Source: Anolis carolinensis
Lineage: Eukaryota
Assembly (NCBI RefSeq): GCF_035594765.1
Contig: NC_085842.1
Span: forward strand, 78,344,782-78,408,781
Direction of reading: 5' to 3'
DNA: 64,000 bases
Positions 45,097 through 59,658 of this stretch are shown in pieces (the first letter of the stretch is position 1; every line of letters begins with the position of its first letter). The position numbers and the translations under genes are program-made. Below the pieces are notes generated by a model. It saw nothing but the letters and a program-made list of their open reading frames with translations. It had not been told where the DNA came from and searched no databases.

Positions 45097-45190
45097 AGGA
45101 CTGAAACCAGTGCCTGATGAAGAGGTCATTGAGATGTACGGTGGAACTCAACATATTCCATTATACCAAATGAGTGATTTCTATGGCAAG
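45097..45190 (+). CDS. NT5DC2: NT5DC2 exon 5 ([31 protein letters not shown])
   Basis: AG/GT boundaries; conserved peptide; phase fits exon 4. Confidence 0.94.
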
Positions 45191-46048
45191 GTATAGTAAA
45201 CACTCTTATTGATTGTTTAAGTAACCTTATCTTACCAACCAAGAAATTCAACATATGTGAATTACTGAGAATGCTAGAAATTTCTTGCAAGTTTGGGGAG
45301 CAGCACTTGTCAGTTCAAATAAACCGTTTTCCTAGCAGTTTCAACATGCTTACTAAGGGCCAAAAATGTGAAATACTTAAACATTGTTGATAAACTGGAT
45401 TAATATGCAGATGATGGTTTATCCAGTAACTTAAGTGGAACATCTCACCAACTGCAGAGCCATTCTCAACATAGCACATGTGTTGACTCACATCTTATTA
45501 GGGCATGCCATCTCATAAATCTGTAGATCATAACTCTTCCAGGGAGCATAACTGGAGCTCTCTATTTTTTTCTCTAGTCCAGCACACCATCATCATGACC
45601 ACTTTGATAGTCATGCTGTACTAAATATCTGATTTACCCAAGCATTGCTACAAAACCCAAAGAGACAGAATATTTCTTTTGCACCTTTTCCAACAATTTT
45701 CATTTCATTCCATTTGACCTCTGTACACTTTTGTTATTGGTTCCTCCCCAAATACTTTTACAACCTGGCAGAACTAAAGGGAAGAAGACAAAGTGTTATC
45801 ATTGCCCAGACAAAGCCTGCAAGTGAGCTGCCTCCACTCCCCATAAACCATTCTTTGTCAGACTTCTTTTCCATATATAAATACATGGTTTTTCTTATCT
45901 CATAAATCAAATCAAAAGAGATAGTTACAATTAGTTTATCTATATGGAAAGTCTGCTAAAACTGAGAAGATATATAAAAAGGAGATGTCCTTGTAATATA
46001 AACAGTACAGAAACGCATGTTTTGACCATGCCTAATTGACAAGTAATT

Positions 46049-46175
46049 GGCAGTCATGCCAACCACATGACCTTGGAGATGTCTACGGACAACGCCGGCT
46101 CTTCGGCTTAGAAATGGAGATGAGCACCAACCCCCAGACACAACTAGACTTACTGTCATGGGAAAACCTTTACCT
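46049..46175 (+). mobile_element. Sauria SINE 3' fragment
   Basis: GCCGGCTCTTCGGCTTAGAAATGGAGATGAGCACC and ACCTTTACCT tail. Confidence 0.75.
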
Positions 46176-49100
46176 AGTTGACAAGAACAGTATATATTAG
46201 GTGCAAAAATATTTAAGTATTTCCCTGTAATCAGGGCTAATGCTAACACATTTAAATAGGCTAAAGATAATTGGCTGGCAAAATATTTGGGTTATAATTC
46301 CCAACTTCTAGGCAGTTCAGAAAGCCTGCTTATCTTCTTGAGAACCTCCATCTCAGATCCTTCGTTTGCTCATCTCTTAAGCTCTTAGGAATCCTAATTA
46401 TAATAAGACTGAGGGAAAAATCTATAATGCTATTGTTTCTCCCCAACAGATCTCACCCAACTGGAGGAAAAATTATGAAATCAAGTGTTTAAGACAATAG
46501 CTAATAATATGGAACTAAGCTTATGCTTCTAAATATGTTTTCTCCTCCATTCTAAATAAGGCATTGGGAATGTGCCATGAGCCACTAAAGATATTTCTCA
46601 AGAATTTAGAATGTAGTTCCTCCAGGGGAAAAAGTCTTGGTATAGATACGACTGTAAACTGTATTTCCTTATTTTAGTTTTCCAGATCCTCACAATCCTT
46701 TTTAAACAGAGTCATTGGGTAGAAGAAAGTAATCTCTTCTTGTTTTGTCTTTTGAGGCCTTGCGCTTAAATTCAAAAATAATGTTCCTCTTGAAGTCTGT
46801 TCAGATACTATCAGGATTATCTCCCTGAGCTCTATGTATAGCAAGATCATAACCAGAGCACTTAGGCCGTAAAATTGCCTTCACTTGTGAATCTTCAAAT
46901 TCCATTTGATAAGGACGTTTATAATACACTGAATGGAAAGAAATACAGTACTTGTGTGTTACATGTCAAATGTCAGTGGACAGCAAGCACTCCTTTAAGC
47001 CCACACCATAATATTGCTCTTTTATACAATAAACTGAAAGAAGCAAAATGGTGAGAACGCATTGAATGGGCAAAAGCAGCTGCTTTGAGAAATTGTCCTT
47101 TGTGGTTATTCCAGTTTAAATATTTTTTTGTGCATGTTGCGTATCGCCCTATTACTGTGCACTGTTGTGTATCTTTGTAAGTATTAGTTTCTGTCCCCAT
47201 CTTCATACCATTTGGGTATAGGTTGTGTAAGAAAGAAATATTTTGTATCTAGTGCCATATTCTGAATCTTCCTAACCTGTTATATTTAAAATGTCTAATC
47301 ATGAGATGTTCTTAAAATAAGAAATATATTTTAAAAAGTGAGAAAAGAGAGTAAAATCAAGAAAAGGTTTTATATACTTTGTACAGCTTTTGAGATGGGA
47401 TGTTTCAGAGAGAATTTCTTATCCAAAGACATTCCAGGATAGAAAATAGTTTTGCCATGTCCAGATTAAATATCCTGTTGCGATTAAATATCCTTTCAAA
47501 TCTGTAATTTTGGGTTAATGAATTACTTATAGATTGTTGTTAAGTAAAATAAGATATGTTCCTAATTTCCCTAGGTGCTTTTGATCACTTGATCTACAAT
47601 CCTGAACTTGGATAGTGCCCAAAGTGTTACTGAATTTCTCATTTATAAACTGTTTTCTAACTTGCCAAGGGTTAGGGCGAGTAGTATGTGTGACTCCTAC
47701 AGATATGTGTGTTTTTGTGTGTGTGCATACAGATTGCAGAGTCAAAAGACCAACTTTGTAGTTGTGGTTTCTTGCTACTAGCACATTTTATCATCTCTCT
47801 GTTAAATTAATATGATTTACATTAATTTTGTCAATATAAAATTTCATATGGGATCAACCACATTATAATTATAATAAGTTGAAGCAGTTGGCAAGGATGT
47901 TGGTGAGTTGGTGAATCTGCTCCATATTTTAGTCTGAACTTTAAATAAGCTATTTAGAGTGAAGAGCCTATTTTGCAGATGAGGTCAGTGCTTTGGATGG
48001 GTCGTTTAAACTTTAAAAGCTTCACGTTAAACTGTATAAAGTATGTGCCCCCTATAGCTGTTCTACATACCTGTGCTATTCTTCCCCTTCACGCCTTGAA
48101 TGACTAAATAGTGTAAAAATGTAAATTTTGAGAGAAAATCTGTAGGATATTTCTCAAGCTACAGGCTTGAAACCTGACGGTAGACCCAACTAGGGTTGAT
48201 TCCCATTCAACCACTGATTGCTTTGATATTCTCGAGTTAGCCAACAATAGGGCTGAGGCCAGGAAATCCTCATGCTAATCTTTTTAAAAATAATATAATT
48301 TAATGTAATACATGCTTTCTTTTTATTTTTTCTATGAGCTTTTAAAAGCTCATGAACCTTACACAACAGTTTACAATGAACGTTAGAATGTCACAGATAT
48401 TACCCTCTGAAAAAAGAAGAAAAAAAAGAAAGGTCTTTACAAAATGAATAAAAAGGGAAGTGAGAAGTTCTGGTGGATACAACCAGCAATATTATTGTGC
48501 AACATGTGTAACTGGTAGCCCAAATAAAATCTCCAATTGTAAATGGAAGATGTGTTCTTTTTAATGGGGTCTTGAATGTTTAAGATCATTATGCTCATCT
48601 AGCTGTCTTATTTCACCAGCAAAGACAGAAACCGTTCCCTAGCCACATGACAATCTGTAGCTCTCTTCTGTTAATAAAACACTGCTCCCCCTTATTTGTG
48701 TTAGAACAGACTGTTCCCTTCTCAGATGAGAGGGTAGATCATATTTCAGTAGCTCTTGGCTGCTATGTGCTACTGTGTCTGACACTAATTTGTAACAGGC
48801 TTCCCTGATTATTTTTGTTTGGACTGTTTAGCTGCTCAGAAAGATACAATCCTTACTCTTTTGTGTTTCTTTCCCTAAAACACTTCTAGAGTCTCTTATT
48901 TCCTTAGATAAGACTGGAAAATGTTAAAGTCCAATTCCATTTTGGGATTATTCAATTTCTTCATTTTGTTTTCCCTTGAGAGTGCATGGACGATTTGATT
49001 GCACCACCTACAGTGATATTGCATTAAATGAGTATAATTTAATTTCTTTTGTTCACGTTATGTAGACCCATTAAGTATCATGGCTATACTTAAAGGGATA

Positions 49101-50692
49101 ATTACAGAGAGACTATATGTTGGCAAGGAATGGTCTTAAACCTTTTGACTACAACTAGAGAAGCTTGGCCTTAGAATGGGCCCAGAGCGACCTATTGATT
49201 AACAACCTGCCAGCCATTTTAACTAGTAACTCTCAACCCATCTGCTTACTCAATGCCACAATGTCCCATCGGGGCACTGCCATCTTGGTACAATGCCATC
49301 GTACACTGAATTGGATAAAGAGAAGGTGGGCACACATGGCTCTGATCATACTGAGATCAGAAGTGGAGGAGTTTTGACTGAAATAGACAGTGCAGACTGG
49401 AGTAAAGCTTACACTGGGAAAGGGAAGCACATTCGACACGTCGCTGTGAGCCTCATATGTTACCCTTGGTAAATTGGGAATGCTATTTAGACACAAATAT
49501 GATACCAGGTTAATGTTTTGAGTGATTAACATTCACATTAATGACCATCATAAGAGAAGAGAGATGGGATAAGTGCTAGCCTGTTATTTCTCTTCAAAGT
49601 AAATGCTGTTGACCAGAATCTCTTGAGCTGGATCAGCTCCATGTGTTGAGAGTCGGTACTTTGCATATGAAACTAACATAACAAGTAAGAGCTTTTTGAT
49701 GGCAACTTCCCAATTCCAGAACTCACTACTTGCAGAAATGGTAACACAACCATACTAATTTTGACGTAGGTATAATTTAAGACATATCTTTTCTAGTCGC
49801 ATTTCAGAGGAGTAGTATTTATTTGATAATCTTACTGGTTGATGCTATCATATTTATTGTCAGGTTGACATTTATTTGTCTAAAGACTCGTTTTATTGTT
49901 TTAAGTCATTTAATTTTTTTTCCAGCCCATGCTATAAAAAAGTTCAGGAATGTATGTGAAATATTAGTGGATAGGTAATACTTATTTTCATTTCATTAAA
50001 CTTTAATACTGCTTCAAATAGGTTTTGGTTTTATCAAATAAGTTTGCTGAAGAGTGAATTACCTTGTTTGGATTTTGTTCTATAGAATCTGCGGATATAT
50101 TCTTGACCATTTCAAAGCATTTCCTGATATGTGCTTTCATCAGCAAGACCAAGCTAGTTCCCACAGAGATAAAAAGCTAAATGTCTGAACACTCACCTAT
50201 AATTTCCCAGATGAAAGGAGCAAGGTTCTTGAGTGTCTGACATCTGAAAGTGAAGCAGTCATATATGCCTTTTTTCTGTGTTGACAGAAGTGTGAACTGT
50301 TAATAAAACAAGAAAGCTCATGTTCAATGGCTCTGTTATTCATGGTAAAGCAGTAAGTGCAGCTTGACCAGTAAATAAATGCTGAACTTTATGCAAAAGG
50401 TGACATTAGACAAGTTGATATGTTAAAATCCAAATCCAGTCTGGAATATAATTAGAATACAAGTTAAATGCATGAGGATTCTTTGGTGAAGCACATTAAT
50501 ATTTTTAAAAGGGTGTAGACGTTCTTATTTGGCAAAGCTTCATTTTTCCATAGCACATAATGATGTGGATTTTTCTAACAGGTTTTGCTAGAATGTGCTA
50601 AATCTATTTTTATTGACCATATTGAGGATTCCTTGGAAGCAGTTTATCTTCTTTCTTCCAGATTTGTGCTTTAGGACAATATTAAACAGCAA

Positions 50693-50733
<41 letters not shown>

Positions 50734-50747
50734 AACAACAACAACAA
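50693..50747 (+). repeat. (TAA)n(CAA)n microsatellite
   Basis: Directly visible. Confidence 0.95.
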
Positions 50748-51096
50748 GAAGTAGCAAATGGGGCATTTCTTTGCATCAAGTCCACCAAAGACGTGCTGAA
50801 ACAAATGGAGTTTTAACTAATCTTATGCAAATCATAATAAAAGTAGTTACGCCAATATATTTTCATTATCATTTATATTGCTAAATTCTTTATAAGCATG
50901 ATACTTGCATTTTATTTGGGTGTGGAATATTACAGATGCCAATTCAAAATGTATAGCTATATTTTTGGACATGGGAAAGATCAGCTATGTCCGCTTCATA
51001 GGTGAATTATTTATTTTAATAACAATTTATTCCTTACCACCCACTTGAGGCTATATCTATTTGTTTTTATAATGGTAAATCTCTTCCTTTGGGCAG

Positions 51097-51225
51097 GGAC
51101 CATCAATTAAACAGTTTATGGACATCTTCTCCCTTCCTGAAATGACTCTGCTTTCATCAGTGACTGACTATTTTATGACTCACAATATTGAGTACGACCA
51201 AGTTCATCTTTTCAAAGATATCAGC
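51097..51225 (+). CDS. NT5DC2: NT5DC2 exon 6 (GPSIKQFMDIFSLPEM...LFKDIS)
   Basis: AG/GT boundaries; QFMDIFSLPEM motif. Confidence 0.94.
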
Positions 51226-51250
51226 GTAAGTACAAGGGTTTTAGGACATA

Positions 51251-51573
51251 CAGTAGAGTCTCACTTATCCAAGCTAAACAGGCCGGCAGAAGCTTGGATA
51301 AGCGAATACCTTGGATAATAAGGAGGGATTAAGGAAAAACTTATTAAATATCAAATTAGGTTATGATTTTACAAATTAAGCACCAAAACTTCATGTTATA
51401 CAACAAATTTGACAGAAAAAGTAGTTCAATACGCAGTAATGTTATGTTGTAATTACTGTATTTACGAATTTAGCACCAAAATATCATGATATATTGAAAA
51501 CATTGATGACAAAAATGGCTTGGATTATCCAGAGGCTTGGATAAGCGAGGCTTGGATAAGTGAGACTCTACTG
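51251..51573. mobile_element. Tc1/mariner-type MITE, same family as 27791-27902
   Basis: Same TIR and TA TSD; 25 bp downstream of NT5DC2 exon 6. Confidence 0.88.
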
Positions 51574-52529
51574 TATTTGTAAGCAGTCTTTTCCAATGTT
51601 TTTCAAGTTGTACTTAGACCAAGCTAATGGGAACAGTGCTAATGTGAAGAATTTAGAATTCACGAATTAGAATTAACATCTGTTTTTAAGGTCTGCATTG
51701 CAGTGGTACTCACGTGAAACATGTTTCACTTGAGAAATTATTTTCAGCATTCATTTCACCACTAGGGAGGTTTACTCCTGTTATCTTAACATTATAGATT
51801 TACATGTGTGTGTGTGTGTGTGAGAGAGAAGGTGTATGTGTACTTGTTTTATGTAACAAAAAGTCATCCTTTTAAGTTTGAATGGTATTTTGTTCCATTT
51901 GCCTTAAGACAAGCCCTTGGAAATCGTACTCCAATATGCTATATGGTATATTGGAGGTTAAGTCATAATCTATTGCTGCAGTCATGTCACCAGTCTGATC
52001 TTTCATTGTCATGACCTTTGGTATGAAGCAGCATCTGATAGCATGTTTAGATCTGGAGATACAGAGCATCATTCTTTGGGATAGGGTGTGTGTCTTTCAG
52101 TATACTAGCAGCTAGGTATTTGTATAATAAAATAGTTGCTCAGGGTTTACAGTGCAGTATAATGGGACAAAATACATTACATGTTGGCATGCATGATACC
52201 TTTTCTTGATAATGTAAATTCAGGTCTAGCCCTGTAAAGCAAAACTTGAGTGCATTCCTATTTCGTCACTAGCTGTTATAGTTTCTCTCTCTCTTGTTCT
52301 TTTATTTAAGTGCTCTTTGAATTTCCTCTGCCACAGATAGCCAATATGTGGCCTGCATTTCACGCCATATTGCTAGTGGGCAGCTGCTAGCACTTAAAAC
52401 GTTCACAGTGATTCTGAGAGTTTCTTGGAGTCCTTAAAACCTTTTCATGAAAATGTGAACACATTGTACATAGCAAAACATCAACATTGATTGTGAATAT
52501 ATGAGGCCAATATTATAACTTCATTATAT

Positions 52530-52920
52530 ACTGGTGTTAGGTTGCATTTGGAATACAGTGTACAATCCTGGTTGCTACATTTCGGAAAGGATATTGCTGA
52601 GATGCAAGGGATCGTTAAAATAGAGTAACTCCTTTATGAAGAAAAGTTACACGATTTGGGGCTATTTAGTTTAAAAAGAAAGTAAATATGGAGAGGGAGA
52701 ACAAGAAAGAGTAAAAATACTATGGTACAGAGGAGTGGGATATTGAACTCCTCCCTCTCTCACAGTACTAGCACCAATGGCTGTCCAATGAATCAGAATG
52801 GCAGAAGATTCCAGACAGAGAAAACCTTCAATTGAACTATGAAAACTGGTTCTGCAGAATGGAGTAATGGCAACCAGCTTTGTTGGATTTTAAACTTGAT
52901 TCATAGGAAGATAAAGCTCC
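52530..52920 (+). mobile_element. Old CR1 LINE 3' fragment
   Basis: Degenerate LVR.HLEY.VQ.W.L.F.KDI remnant. Confidence 0.55.
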
Positions 52921-53068
52921 AGTTATACTATGCCTCTGATTACCAGTTCCAACATTTTATATACCTTGGCTCAGTCATTAATCAGAATGGAGACTGTAAT
53001 TAAGAAATAAAAATACTAGGACTTGGAAGAACAGCTATGAAAAAACTAGAAATGATCCTGAAATGTAT

Positions 53069-53113
<45 letters not shown>

Positions 53114-53114
53114 T

Positions 53115-53560
53115 AAATAGTAATGTTAGGATTGTCCATGCCATCATATTTTCCATTTCTATATGTGGTTGTGAAAGCTGGATTTCGAAGAAAGTTGTTA
53201 AAAAGTAAATCAGCTCATTTGAAATGTGCTGAAAAAGATTTCTGTAAATCTCTTGGACTCCTAAAAAGGACAAATAAATGACTAAATCAAGCCTGAACTT
53301 TTCTTAGACACCAATTAAATAGAGACTGTCACATTTTGGACATATCAAGAGAAAACTTGACTCAATAGACAAACAATAACGCTAGGTAAGATGGAAGGCA
53401 GTAGGAAAAGAGGAAGGTTACATCCTAGACGGATAGACAAAATCAAAGTAGTCGTGACCTTGAGTCTGTAAGACATATACAGGGCTGTTAAGGATAGGGT
53501 GGCTTGAAGGTCTCTCATTCATGGGGTGCCATTAGTCAAAGTCGACTTGACAGCAGTTAA
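53115..53560 (+). mobile_element. RTE/BovB LINE 3' fragment preceded by (GT)n at 53072-53110
   Basis: Degenerate FP...GCESW..KK...SFEMC remnant and BovB-like 3' end. Confidence 0.65.
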
Positions 53561-53688
53561 GAAACATTATTGTTGTAATTATTTTCATTTACATCTAGGA
53601 AATTGCACTGGGATAAAGTTTCATCTTTGTGAGTTTCCCATGAACATCTAGCTGGCTGATCTAGCTAGCAATGCTGGGCTAGGTGGAT

Positions 53689-55562
53689 TGTCATGCCACG
53701 AGAAGGCAGAACATCATCTGTTGCCCTGTCTCTTTAAGATTCTAAAAGGGCGGAGCTTAGCCTTGGCTCCTGCCAACCTGAAATGGCAGTTATTTTTTGT
53801 CAGTTAGATTTTGTCAGTTGGTGAGGCACTGGAAGGAAGTGTAGGAAGCAAAAAGGATCACAGAAATTCACGTCACGTTGGAACTGTATTCAAATTAGAT
53901 TAAAAGCCATAGACTACAGCAATAGAGAAAACCATGTCAACATTGCATTGAAGTCATCTCAAAGATACAAAGAATCTAGTCATAACAAGACTTTATACTC
54001 TGTGGCAATATCTATCCAGAACTGCATAGACTTAAAGATTTATTTCCTCACAAGAGACTTCATAGTGGCAACAAGAGGAAAAGAGATCAATTTTGTTTAT
54101 TAATAAAATATTTTGTTTCACCAAATACAGTCTCCAATCTGTCCTTCATGCTATGGTTCCTTCCAGTTCATTTAGTTCAGCATGGAGGCAGAACAGTAAA
54201 TTTCTTTTCTTCTGGCTTCCTAAATAAAAGTGAATTTCTTTCCTTTGACCTTCCCAAATAAAAGTGAATTTCTTTTCTTTTAGCTTCCCAAGTAGCAGCA
54301 GATTTCTTTCTTTAGACCTTCCTGAGGGGAAGTGAAAACTACCTCTGAAGGAGAAGGAGTTAAGCAGCCATTTTGATTGTAGAGAGCGCGCAGTCATAGA
54401 GGGCGCCATTTTGAAGGAACCTGAGGGAAGCTTTTTCTGAAGAAAATGTGGCTTTCAGGGCCACAATAGTTATTTTAAGTCTAAGTAAAAAGCTTTAAGT
54501 CTCAGTAAAAGAACTGAGAATTTTAAAAGTTAGTGATCACTTTATTTTAAGGGGCTATTAGTAACGGACAGCAACAGCAGAATAAAAGACCTACATTCCA
54601 AAGTAACAGAGAATAGGCTATTCAGTCCTTTCTGTCCAAAAGCAATTCAGTCTAATATAAAGTGACACAAACTTCAGAAGACTTAAAGATGACTGCTTCT
54701 TCCTCACAAAAGATCAGAATATCTAAACCTACCTCAAAAATGATGTCCTTCTGGCAAGATAAACTAGATTCTTTGAAACCTAAATATCAGAAGTCATGGC
54801 AGAGGATTTTAGATCTGAGTCAAGCAAGCCATCGCTTCAGGCAGTAGAAAGAAATATTAGATTGTAAGGAAAGATTACAACATCAATACTGTGAGTGGAT
54901 AACATATTCAGATAATATAATCTCTTTGCTTGAGCATATGAAAACTTCAGAATCTTTAATAAATAAGGAAGAAATGTTGTCAGAGAGAGAGAGAAAAGAA
55001 CTAGAATTTGATACCATCATGAATGATTTATCTAACAAAATATCAGAAGGTCAGGCAGAAGACCCTGCCTCCCTTATGGAAACTGTTGATGAAGAACAAG
55101 TGCAACATATGTTTAATAAAGACACAGATACAAAGTCAAACAGGTCTGTGTGTACATTAGCAAGCAAATCAAGATCGTCTCACACATCCCATAGAACAGA
55201 AAGAACGAGGGGGACTTCTGTTCATAGTGGTTCCTCTGGCCAATCCCTTAGTCTGGTCATAAAGGCTAGGGCCGAGGCAGCTGCCGCAGTAAAACAAATA
55301 GAGTTTCTTAAGAGAAGACAGCAAATTATTGCAGAAAAGAATCTAGTCATAACAAGACTTTATACTCTGTGGCAATATCTATCCAGAACTGCATAGACTT
55401 AAAGATTTATTTCCTCACAAGAGACTTCATAGTGACAACAAGAGGAAAAAAGATCAATTTTGTCTATTAATAAAATGTTTTGTTTCACCAAATACAGTCT
55501 CCAATCTGTCCTTCGTGCTATGGTTCCTTCCAGTTCATTTAGTTCAGCATGGAGGCAGAACA
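53689..55562 (+). mobile_element. Internally deleted LTR retrotransposon, probably BEL/Pao; 5' LTR 53689-54195, partial 3' LTR 55336-55562, gag remnant ~54662-55335
   Basis: TGT...ACA termini; 5-bp TSD TGGAT at 53684-53688 and 55563-55567; 227-bp direct repeat; Ser-rich KARAEAAAA gag-like segment. Confidence 0.85.
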
Positions 55563-56268
55563 TGGATCCTGGGGCTACTTGCAGCAGGGAATCCTCTCGT
55601 ATTCATACCTAGCATATTTGCCATATCCCTGTATATTTCCTGGCATGTGTGGCTTCAAAAGCAGTGAATAGACATGCAGATTACTCTTTGCTAATTTACT
55701 CTTTGTCCTTGATGCATGTAACTGTTTATCCTGGGGTAATCCATGCCAGATAGTTGTTATTAGAAGATCATTGTAAAATATAAACCTGTGCCCAAAAAGA
55801 AGGCACATCTCTTCATACAAGTGATATCCAGATTCCACAGTTTCATGCTTTCAGTGTACACCATTCCAGAAGATCACTACACACACAACCAACATTTTTG
55901 GAGCCATTGAAAAGGCAGCAGAAGTGCCTAATGGGACAAACAGATTTTACAAATTGAAATCAATTTCCTTTTTATTTTATTTAGCCTATAATTATTCAAA
56001 TACATCTGTAGATATACTATGTATTCACCAGGTTTATGGAAAAAGAGTTCATTCTTTGTGGTACCTTTAGTCCACAAATATACTGACCTGTGTTTGTGGG
56101 TTTAATAAGAAACTAAGCAGTCAAAAATCTAATCACATGTCTCCTATATCGTGTGTCAAGCTCTATTTTTTATGGTTTCCCAATAAAATGTCATATTTAT
56201 TGATGGTGCTGCATAAAATACAATGTCAGGTTTAAGAACTGATGCATCACTATTCTTTCCTATTTTAG

Positions 56269-56329
56269 GATGCCATCAAAGATGTCCATGTGAAAGGAAT
56301 GATGTACAAATGGATTGAAAAGGACATGG
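56269..56329 (+). CDS. NT5DC2: NT5DC2 exon 7 (DAIKDVHVKGMMYKWIEKDM)
   Basis: AG/GT boundaries; conserved peptide. Confidence 0.93.
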
Positions 56330-56999
56330 GTCAGTTAAGCTCTAAAGTTTGGTTCAGAATTTTGAATAATAATACATAGTGTCTGATATATTGCAGATCT
56401 AGATGAGGAATAAAGAACCCTTCTCTTTTTGAGGGCCAGGTGGCATCAGTCGGTGAAGCCACAACAATACTGAGCTGCCACATATACACACTTTGCACAC
56501 TAAGATAATCTTTCCTGTGCAGCATTCACATTTAGAAGAAGAAAAAACTACTGGTTTTCTAGAGCAGGAAGTTCTCTTTAAAACCTAATTAGAAAAGACT
56601 GTTTTCAGAGAGTCATATACAGAGAAGAGTGATTAGTCTTGTCCTTTCCTAGCCATGAACCCTTGCGTGTCCCTTTCCAAAGGAAGCTACCATCATCTAA
56701 AGTGTGGATACATTAAATGTATCACTGCTTTAAATCCCACCCATGGGAGAAAAGCGGGATAAAAATAAATAAATAAATAATGTCATCTCTCATTGATTCC
56801 CAAACCCAATTTGTATAGGTAGTGGGGAAAAGAAGGAAGGCTATGGGCTCAATACAGCCATATTGGTTTCTCACCTAAGCTTTGAATTAGAAGTTTTGTA
56901 TCACCAGGATAATGTTTCCATAAAGAATTCAAATTTTCTGTTGGATTTTTCCATTTTCCACGGTTTTGTCTTACATTTAGCTTTATTTGTCTATTTCAG

Positions 57000-57102
57000 A
57001 AAAATATATTCTTCATGGAGATGAAACTTATGCTGTCCTAAATCGCCTGGTTAATCACAACAAAAAACTCTTTCTGATCACAAATAGTCCCTTTACTTTT
57101 GT
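57000..57102 (+). CDS. NT5DC2: NT5DC2 exon 8 ([14 protein letters not shown]...[14 protein letters not shown]), HAD motif II
   Basis: AG/GT boundaries; LFLITNSPF motif. Confidence 0.94.
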
Positions 57103-59422
57103 GTGAGCATCCTCTCTTATATCAGTTTCTCATGTAAAGTGGTGATAAATGTGTTGATAGTAAATGTCTAATGATAGTATATAGTGAATTCTTTATGTAG
57201 ATATTTTTTAATGTGGAAAGAATGGGCTTTGGTGAAGAATTATGTAATGCTATGAAACTGTGAAGGCTGCAGCTATTAGAACTAGATATTACTAGCAGAT
57301 CAAGCAATACAAAATATGTTTAAAAACTGGTAGCAATCATACAGAATCCTTTTCTGTTCAGTCTTGGTGTTCATTGAAGCAATGTGCCAGGACTGTATGG
57401 GGAAATTGGAAATCTCTGTGTCAAGCACATTGTTAATATTAAGATGTTAGGCGTATTCAAATAGACCGAAAATTTGCTTTGTTTGTAGCCTTGGGTGATG
57501 GATTATCCATCATTACCTGTACAAGAACTGAAGGAGCTACCATGTTGCTATTGATCTTGGCTGGATGAGTCTCTTCTCTCCTCTTTGAGAGAACTTTATC
57601 CTACACATTGGTTACCAAGTTCTTATGAATGCAAGAAATGTCATCCAAAAGGATCAAAGCCCTCTTCATATATAATTCGATGACAGATGAATGTTGGTCA
57701 TCGCATGTATATTTAGGGACAAGTAGTCACTTCTGGCTCTATGAGGTACGTCCTAGGGTGGTGATAGTGATTATGAGATTATGTTTTAGGTTGAAAAAGC
57801 AGCCAGGTTCATGTCTTCAGTATCATGCAGTTTCTGATATGCATAGAATCCATGGAATGGCCCTCTGTTTTCTGAGTTCTTCTAAAGTACAGCATAATAT
57901 AAATTTCAAGATCCTACCTTAGCATGCAGAAGAATGCAGACTTCCTTTTAACCTTGGACACAGCTTTGGAGGCAAGTGGGACAAAGGCTTACTGTTTTCA
58001 ATTCCTTTCAAAACTGATCATGTCATGGAGATGGCACCACTCCTCCACTAACTGCCCGTCACCAATTTTGTTGGAAACTCTGCACTTCCATTGTCTATTA
58101 AATCTATCCAAAAATGATGGATGCTTGGTCCTTGGTCTATGTATTTAATTTATATCATTTGTAGAACTGGACACATGCATTTGCTCTGTGTTCATGGTTT
58201 GACTGATAAAAAGTTTGATGTGTACAGCAACTCTAAAAACAAGTGGCTTGACTTTAAAATAAATATTACTGTTATCAGGGGAATAGCCAAATTAGTCTAT
58301 TGTAATGAAGCATCCTAAGGAAAATTTTAATTTGACACAAGCTTTCATGGACTCCAGCCCATTTCATTAAATGCAGAGATGACTTTCCCATGCCTCTAAT
58401 AAAGCTGACTGTAGTCTGAAGAAGGCTTATAAATCTTGTTAGTTGTTGCCACAAGGTTCTTATGTTTGAGACAAAGTAGCTGTTGTGTAACAAATTTGTG
58501 CTACCAAGCTTATAGTAGCATGACTTGACTGCTTCTAGAAATTAAAGCATTGTTTTCTCAGCTATTTGAATTGGTGTGGACTATCAGCAGCCTTCAATAT
58601 GATGGAAACATTGGAAGTTGTGTGAAATATCTATTTTATTCTAATATCTATATAAAATCTCTCCCTAAAAGGAATGATCTTTTGGATTTCTTGAACATTT
58701 GAGAACATTCCTCCTGCATTGCTTGGAGCAAATGTGAATGTTATTCTTTTGAAAAATGGCATTTATAACCTTTTGGAAAACATCTTTTGGAGATGATAAA
58801 TTTTTAGAAAAGCATGACCTTTCAGAGAAGAGCCAAAAACCCCTTAGAGTTAAAATCTTCTCTTGTGGTATACAACCAAATGTAATTACGCTAGGCAATG
58901 GTTTCAGTTGTTAGACTGAATAACCCATTACCTCTGATCTTTTAGGAAAACAGATTTTGCCAGTGCATAAAAAAACAGCAGAGCTTCAGAAGTGTTTTTC
59001 AGTGCCCAAAAATGTATACTCTCCGATAAAACAACTTGTTTTATATCATGCACTTGAGACAAAAATGAAGTAGACTTTGATAAAAATAACATATTTGGTT
59101 TACTCACAATCTTCATGTGTTCAGCATATGCAGGTGCAATACTTATCAGTCCAGTTTCAGATATGTTTGAGATAATTCTCTGTGCCATCCGGCCCGGACA
59201 TCTCTTACAGCAAAACAGCAAGCGTGTAATCTGAGGTCTGAAATAGTCTGTAGTGATCATATGGTCTGCAGTCCTTTTTATAACTTCTCAGAAACCATAG
59301 CGTAAAGGAAGCTGCATACCAGAACATACATACAGGAAACAGTAAGCAATAGGATCATAAATACACATTACTATAGAAAGCTTGAAGAAGGTTGCCATGT
59401 AGATAGGGTTTCCTGTGGGTAT

Positions 59423-59658
59423 TATTTATTTATTTATTTATTTATTTACAGCATTTATATTCCGCCCTTCTCACCCCGAAGGGGACTCAGGGCGGATCAC
59501 ATTACACATATAGGCAAACATTCGATGCCATTTAACATAGAACAAAGACAAGACAAACATGGCTCCGAGCGGGCCTCGAACTCATGACCTCCTGGTCAGA
59601 GTGATTCATTGCAGTGATTCATTGCAGCTGCTCTCCAGCCTGCGCCACAGCCTGAGCC
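59423..59658 (-). mobile_element. tRNA-derived SINE with L2-like tail and (AAAT)n
   Basis: (TTTA)n, CCGCCCTTCTC...CTCAGGGCGG stem, minus-strand box B GAGTTCGAGGCC. Confidence 0.7.

Noticed and set aside
50588-50816. Poly-Ile/Gln ORFs
   Set aside because: Translation of a (TAA)n(CAA)n microsatellite.
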